From: an uncultured virus (IMG/VR IMGVR_UViG_3300019776_000649)
Lineage: Duplodnaviria > Heunggongvirae > Uroviricota > Caudoviricetes
Direction: 5' to 3' (one strand)
IMG/VR virus record: IMGVR_UViG_3300019776_000649
Length of the DNA stretch: 20,000 nucleotides
Made by a program: the position numbers and the translations under genes. The notes beneath the pieces were generated by a model that was given only the letters and a program-made list of their open reading frames with translations, had not been told where the DNA came from and did no database searches. Numbering within the stretch: position 1 is the first letter of the stretch; every line of letters begins with the position of its first letter. Shown in pieces: positions 16,383 through 20,000 of the stretch.

Positions 16383-16419
16383 ACGAAAGAGCCCCCCGAT
16401 TGGGGGGCTCTTTCGTTTT
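16383..16419 (+). terminator. intrinsic terminator
   Basis: 15-bp stem ACGAAAGAGCCCCCC-GATT-GGGGGGCTCTTTCGT followed by TTT. Confidence 0.85.
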
Positions 16420-16450
16420 GCGAAGGATCGGTCCTTCGTGGGAGATCACT

Positions 16451-16990
16451 ATGCCAGCTCATAGAAAATACCCAGAAGTCAAGCGGATTGAAGGCAGTGT
16501 CATCGTCTTTGAGGCAAAGAAAGACACGGGGGATATGGTCGAGGTTAAGGTAGATAGAGGCGACTGGGAAAGGGTTCGTCAGTACAACTGGAGGGTCAGC
16601 AGAAAGGGATATGTCCACGGTCAAGACTACATGAATGGACAAAGCCGAAAAGTTCTCCTGCACCGCTACTTGATGAATTTTCCTAACTCCCAGATTGACC
16701 ATGCCGATAGAGACAGAGCCAACTGTACGAAGGCAAATCTGCGAGTCTGCACAAGCTCACAGAACAACGGCAACAGGTCTTACGCTGGTTCTTCTAAATC
16801 GGGATTCATGGGCGTCCATTTTAGAAAAGACACGGGCAAGTACAGGGTCAAGATCGTTCATCAAGGCAAAAAGCACTTCGTTGGAAACTTCGATGATCCT
16901 TATGAAGCCGCCCTTGCCTATGACCGGAAGAAGGAAGAGCTTTTTGGGGAGTTTGCCTACGTCAATTTTCCAGAGAGGCGTATGGCATGA
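16451..16990 (+). CDS. HNH homing endonuclease with a C-terminal AP2 domain
   Basis: LHRYLM…IDHADRDRANCTKANLR and AP2 motif GVHFRKDTGKY…EAALAYD…NF. GGAG precedes ATG 16451. Confidence 0.9.
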   Translation: MPAHRKYPEVKRIEGSVIVFEAKKDTGDMVEVKVDRGDWERVRQYNWRVSRKGYVHGQDYMNGQSRKVLLHRYLMNFPNSQIDHADRDRANCTKANLRVCTSSQNNGNRSYAGSSKSGFMGVHFRKDTGKYRVKIVHQGKKHFVGNFDDPYEAALAYDRKKEELFGEFAYVNFPERRMA

Positions 16991-17448
16991 AGCAGATCAC
17001 CGCAGACGGCAGGAGTCCTCGAAAAGAGGGGCGAGTCTTCGTGGAACCCTACGGAATGGTCAAGGCCGATAACGAAGGCTCTGAGCTAGAGATCGAGTTA
17101 CTGACGGTACTCCACCAGGAGCTACCCGGCATCACCTACGGGATGCTACGCGAGTTTCGATTCAATCCTCCGGCTATCCACAAGTTTGACTTTGCTTGGC
17201 CGGACATCAAGATCGCTATCGAGATCGAGGGTGGACTTTACTCTGGTGGAAGACATACCAGAGGCGCTGGTTACGAGGCCGATCTTATCAAATACAACGA
17301 GGCAGTCCTTCGTGGCTGGATCGTTCTGAGATTCGGCACTAACCATGTTCGCCGGGAGAGGGAGTCGTCGCTGATGATGATTCGGCGAGCCTTCAATATC
17401 AGAAAATCCGGTGATCGAATTGGCGATTTAATTGATTTAGTCGTTTGA
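16987..17448 (+). CDS. PD-(D/E)xK nuclease (DUF559/Vsr-like)
   Basis: EFRF…FDFAWPDIKIAIEIEGG…RH…DLIKYN…GWIVLRF. Confidence 0.85.
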   Translation: MKQITADGRSPRKEGRVFVEPYGMVKADNEGSELEIELLTVLHQELPGITYGMLREFRFNPPAIHKFDFAWPDIKIAIEIEGGLYSGGRHTRGAGYEADLIKYNEAVLRGWIVLRFGTNHVRRERESSLMMIRRAFNIRKSGDRIGDLIDLVV

Positions 17449-17480
17449 TCGCCTAAGGCAACGCACCGATTAAATCAAAT
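17430..17480. repeat. 51-bp palindromic element, copy 4
   Basis: AATTGATTTAGTCG + 23 nt (tttgatcGCCTAAGGCaacgcac) + CGATTAAATCAAAT. Overlaps the last codons of the nuclease gene. Confidence 0.9.
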
Positions 17481-17522
17481 GGAGCTACTAGACCGTCATC
17501 TAGTAGCTCCATTCACTTTCTT
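17478..17522 (+). terminator. 15-bp hairpin containing GGAGCTAC, terminator-like
   Basis: AATGGAGCTACTAGA-CCGTCA-TCTAGTAGCTCCATT followed by cactttctt. Confidence 0.55.
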
Positions 17523-17632
17523 CCCGTGTCGGTGGCTTCGACAACGGTGCCATCGGCTCTCGTACCCAGAGTTGGCGGCAGGTACTCGCAGAGTCTATCC
17601 CTGTGTAAGCCTTACTGTCAAGAGGAAAGTCA

Positions 17633-18208
17633 ATGAGTTATCAAATCACCGAAGGCTACTTGGAATACTTCATAGATAGAACTGTTGGAGGTGATACCTT
17701 CTACTACACCGGCCAGTTTCTACTCCCTCAGCTATGGAAGCCTGATCCGATTCCTGCTATCGTTTTCGTCTTCGGCTCAAACCACCGTGGCGTTCACGGA
17801 GCTGGTGCCGCTCTCACTGCGGCTCGGCACTACGGAGCAATCAAGGGCCAGGGCAAAGGGCCAATGGGCCGATCTTACGCAATTCCCACCAAAGAGACTC
17901 CACACATCGCCCTGGAGATTGAGAGAATAAATGCGTGGGCGGATGAGTTCCTTCAATACGCGGTAGTTCGGCCAGGGACCGTATTCCTCGTCACTAAAAT
18001 CGGCACTGGGCTTGCTGGTCATGATCCAGAAAAGGTGGCGTGGCTCTTCCGAAACGCTCCTGCCAACTGCATCCTGCCTTGGGACTGGGCCAAGTATCTG
18101 CCCTACCTATACTACTCGCCTCGGCTGTGGCACATGAGGGATGCTGAAATCAAAGAGGAGGTGGGGCCAGAGGATGTTCTGAGATGGACTGCGGGAGGGA
18201 TCGAGTAA
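17633..18208 (+). CDS. A1S_2505-family phage protein (macrodomain-like)
   Basis: VFVFGSNxxGxHGAGAA … SYAIPTK … FLVTKIGTGLAG, with Gly-rich loops like those of macro domains. RBS GAGGA. Confidence 0.8.
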   Translation: MSYQITEGYLEYFIDRTVGGDTFYYTGQFLLPQLWKPDPIPAIVFVFGSNHRGVHGAGAALTAARHYGAIKGQGKGPMGRSYAIPTKETPHIALEIERINAWADEFLQYAVVRPGTVFLVTKIGTGLAGHDPEKVAWLFRNAPANCILPWDWAKYLPYLYYSPRLWHMRDAEIKEEVGPEDVLRWTAGGIE

Positions 18209-18753
18209 TGGATGACCTCCTTCCCGATGAACAAGAGGATTCCATCGAACTGTGGATGTCTGAGACAGGCAAGAGGAACACGGAAGACGACCCCATCGTG
18301 GTTTCTATCGAGCAGAGCCGAGAACTACTTGGCATCTCGTTTGTTGAAGACCCACTGGTGCTCGCAGGCTCTATGGCAAGGCGGCAGTTCGGAACCATCT
18401 TCGTCAACCAGCTACCCGCCAGTCAACCGGGACAACCAGTGAAGGTTGCTGGAAAGGTGGTGGCAGTCAAAGAGCACATCACAAAAAATCGACAGTCCAT
18501 GCTTTTCGTAACTATCGAGGACCCTACAGGCCAGTTGCCGATCACAGTCTTTCCAAGGACTTTGGCCATGATGGGCTCTCACTTCATCTTGGGTAACTTC
18601 GTTCTGATCGAAGGCAAGTCAAACCATCGGCCAGACGCCAAGAAAAAGAAACAGGAGGAGGAAGACGCAGACGATCAACATGACGACACGATCATGGTCA
18701 AGTACGAGATCACCTGTGACAACGCTTTTACGATAGGTACGCTTTACGGATAG
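18208..18753 (+). CDS. stand-alone DnaE (Pol III alpha) C-terminal OB-fold-like protein
   Basis: RELLGISFVEDPL then VKVAGKV…ITKNRQSMLFVTIEDPTGQLPITVFP…VLIEGK. TAATG overlap with the upstream gene, and GGAGG RBS. Confidence 0.8.
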   Translation: MDDLLPDEQEDSIELWMSETGKRNTEDDPIVVSIEQSRELLGISFVEDPLVLAGSMARRQFGTIFVNQLPASQPGQPVKVAGKVVAVKEHITKNRQSMLFVTIEDPTGQLPITVFPRTLAMMGSHFILGNFVLIEGKSNHRPDAKKKKQEEEDADDQHDDTIMVKYEITCDNAFTIGTLYG

Positions 18754-18762
18754 GAGTTTGCA

Positions 18763-19257
18763 ATGGGAACCGCCATTCCTAAAAAAGAAGACCATCCAGC
18801 ACTGCACGAACCCGAGATGGTGCTGGTGAGCTGTGACCCGGACATGAGACTTGGCACGTCCGAGGTCTGCGCGATTCTCGGCATCTCAAGTGAGATGCTG
18901 AAGCACTACAAGAAAAGGGGTTGGCTTGAGCCAGCTTCTGGTGGTGGCAAGGGTAATTATTGTTATTGGCGTCTTGGAGACGTGGTGGAAGCGAGACGCC
19001 GCGCCATCGAGCAGTACAAGGCTGGAAAAGCCAACGGCTGCACTGTCCGGTGGAAGGATCACGCTCCGTCTAACATGCCCCACGTTAGGCAGGCCAGGAA
19101 GACTCAGAGTCAAGGCAGATTGCAGAAGACACGGGAAGTCTTCCTAATGTCAGCCTCTTCATCGCGTGGGTTACAGCACCGCAGTCTAGCCGATCAGTAC
19201 CGTCTCGGTGATTCCGAGACCCAGAGGCTGATTCGTTTGCTCAATCGTTCTGTGTAA
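18763..19257 (+). CDS. MerR/excisionase-like HTH DNA-binding protein
   Basis: LGTSEVCAILGISSEMLKHYKKRGWL…YWRLGDV. RBS AGGAG. Confidence 0.75.
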   Translation: MGTAIPKKEDHPALHEPEMVLVSCDPDMRLGTSEVCAILGISSEMLKHYKKRGWLEPASGGGKGNYCYWRLGDVVEARRRAIEQYKAGKANGCTVRWKDHAPSNMPHVRQARKTQSQGRLQKTREVFLMSASSSRGLQHRSLADQYRLGDSETQRLIRLLNRSV

Positions 19258-19269
19258 AAGGATTTCACC

Positions 19270-19767
19270 ATGACGGATTACGTCTTGGTCCATGTGAGTG
19301 GATCGGATAAAAAGGCCCTTGTCTCTCCTGGAGACAGGGGCCTTATCATTGGTTATGCTTGGCATCTTGACCTTAGGCCAAACTCCTTTGGTCAACTTGT
19401 CCCACGCCGCATCAGGGCCAACGGGCACAAAGGCGATCCTCGCAGGATGGTCTCTCTGCACCAACTAATACTTGGCTTTCCTGGAGGAGTCATTGACCAC
19501 ATCAACGGCAACATCTTCGACAACAGGCGAGAGAACTTGAGACTGGCTGACAAACGCGGCAATCGCGCAAATGCCAAACCCAACGGAGATCGGCCTTTCA
19601 AGGGGATCACAGGCGGCGGAGGTAAATGGGAGGCGCAGATCGTCTCGGGTGGCAAGAAATACTATCTTGGCCGCTTCACCACTCCAGAAGATGCTGCCCG
19701 AGCTTACGACAAGGCGGCACTGGATATGTTTGGAGACTTCGCTCGTTTGAACTTCCCGAGTGCTTGA
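19270..19767 (+). CDS. HNH homing endonuclease with a C-terminal AP2 domain
   Basis: LHQLIL…IDHINGNIFDNRRENLR and AP2 motif KWEAQI…LGRFTTPEDAARAYD…LNFP. Confidence 0.9.
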   Translation: MTDYVLVHVSGSDKKALVSPGDRGLIIGYAWHLDLRPNSFGQLVPRRIRANGHKGDPRRMVSLHQLILGFPGGVIDHINGNIFDNRRENLRLADKRGNRANAKPNGDRPFKGITGGGGKWEAQIVSGGKKYYLGRFTTPEDAARAYDKAALDMFGDFARLNFPSA

Positions 19768-19887
19768 TTGGTTGGCTGGCTTGCATGGTCGGAAATCATG
19801 CTTTAGAATGCCAGCAGCACTGCAATCCAGTGTTTCAACCTTGTATCTGTGGCTTGAAATTTCAGGCCCTAGCTTTGTGATGAATTT

Positions 19888-19959
19888 GCACTCGGGTACG
19901 CGGATTAGAGCATCTGGTTGCGGTCCAGAAGGTCGCAGGTTCGAGTCCTGCCGAGTGCA
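19888..19959 (+). tRNA. tRNA-Arg(GCG) with an aberrant D-arm, possibly a pseudo-tRNA
   Basis: Acceptor stem GCACTCG/CGAGTGC + A. Anticodon arm TCTGG-TTGCGGT-CCAGA. Variable region AGGTC. T-arm GCAGG-TTCGAGT-CCTGC. The D-stem pairs poorly and no CCA is encoded. Confidence 0.75.
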
Positions 19960-20000
19960 CTTCCCCTTCTTTTTCGATAGTTCGAGCATATCCTTCAACC

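Noticed and set aside
1296..17480. Palindromes as CRISPR repeats, integron attC sites or IS/MITE ends
   Set aside because: The copies are kilobases apart, lack RYYYAAC/GTTRRRY cores and target-site duplications, and no cas, integrase or transposase gene is in the window.
19465..19998. 177-aa minus-strand ORF
   Set aside because: It overlaps the HNH gene and the tRNA, and 'TRQDSNLRPSGPQPDAL' is the typical antisense translation of a tRNA.

Overview
The window looks like the DNA replication, recombination and nucleotide-metabolism region of a tailed-phage (or phage-like) genome. All credible genes are on the + strand, tightly packed, and no structural or host housekeeping genes are present. 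Recognisable products are a DUF932 protein, an AEP/RepB-like primase, a probable SpoVG-like SSB, an AAA_25/RepA-like helicase, a degenerate SLOG protein, a Mu Gam-like protein, a dNMP kinase, an RNase HI-MazG fusion, an ERF recombinase, ThyX, a monomeric class II RNR, two HNH-AP2 endonucleases, a DUF559/Vsr-like nuclease, an A1S_2505/macrodomain-like protein, a stand-alone DnaE C-terminal OB domain, HTH proteins and an atypical tRNA-Arg(GCG). The strongest unexplained signal is non-coding. A 51-bp tripartite palindrome (14-bp arms, an invariant 23-bp spacer and a centred GCC-NAA-GGC-like core) occurs four times at gene boundaries. A second dispersed family of AGCT-ACCA-AGCT mini-palindromes accompanies it. 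All family calls come from motif recognition by eye, not from database searches.
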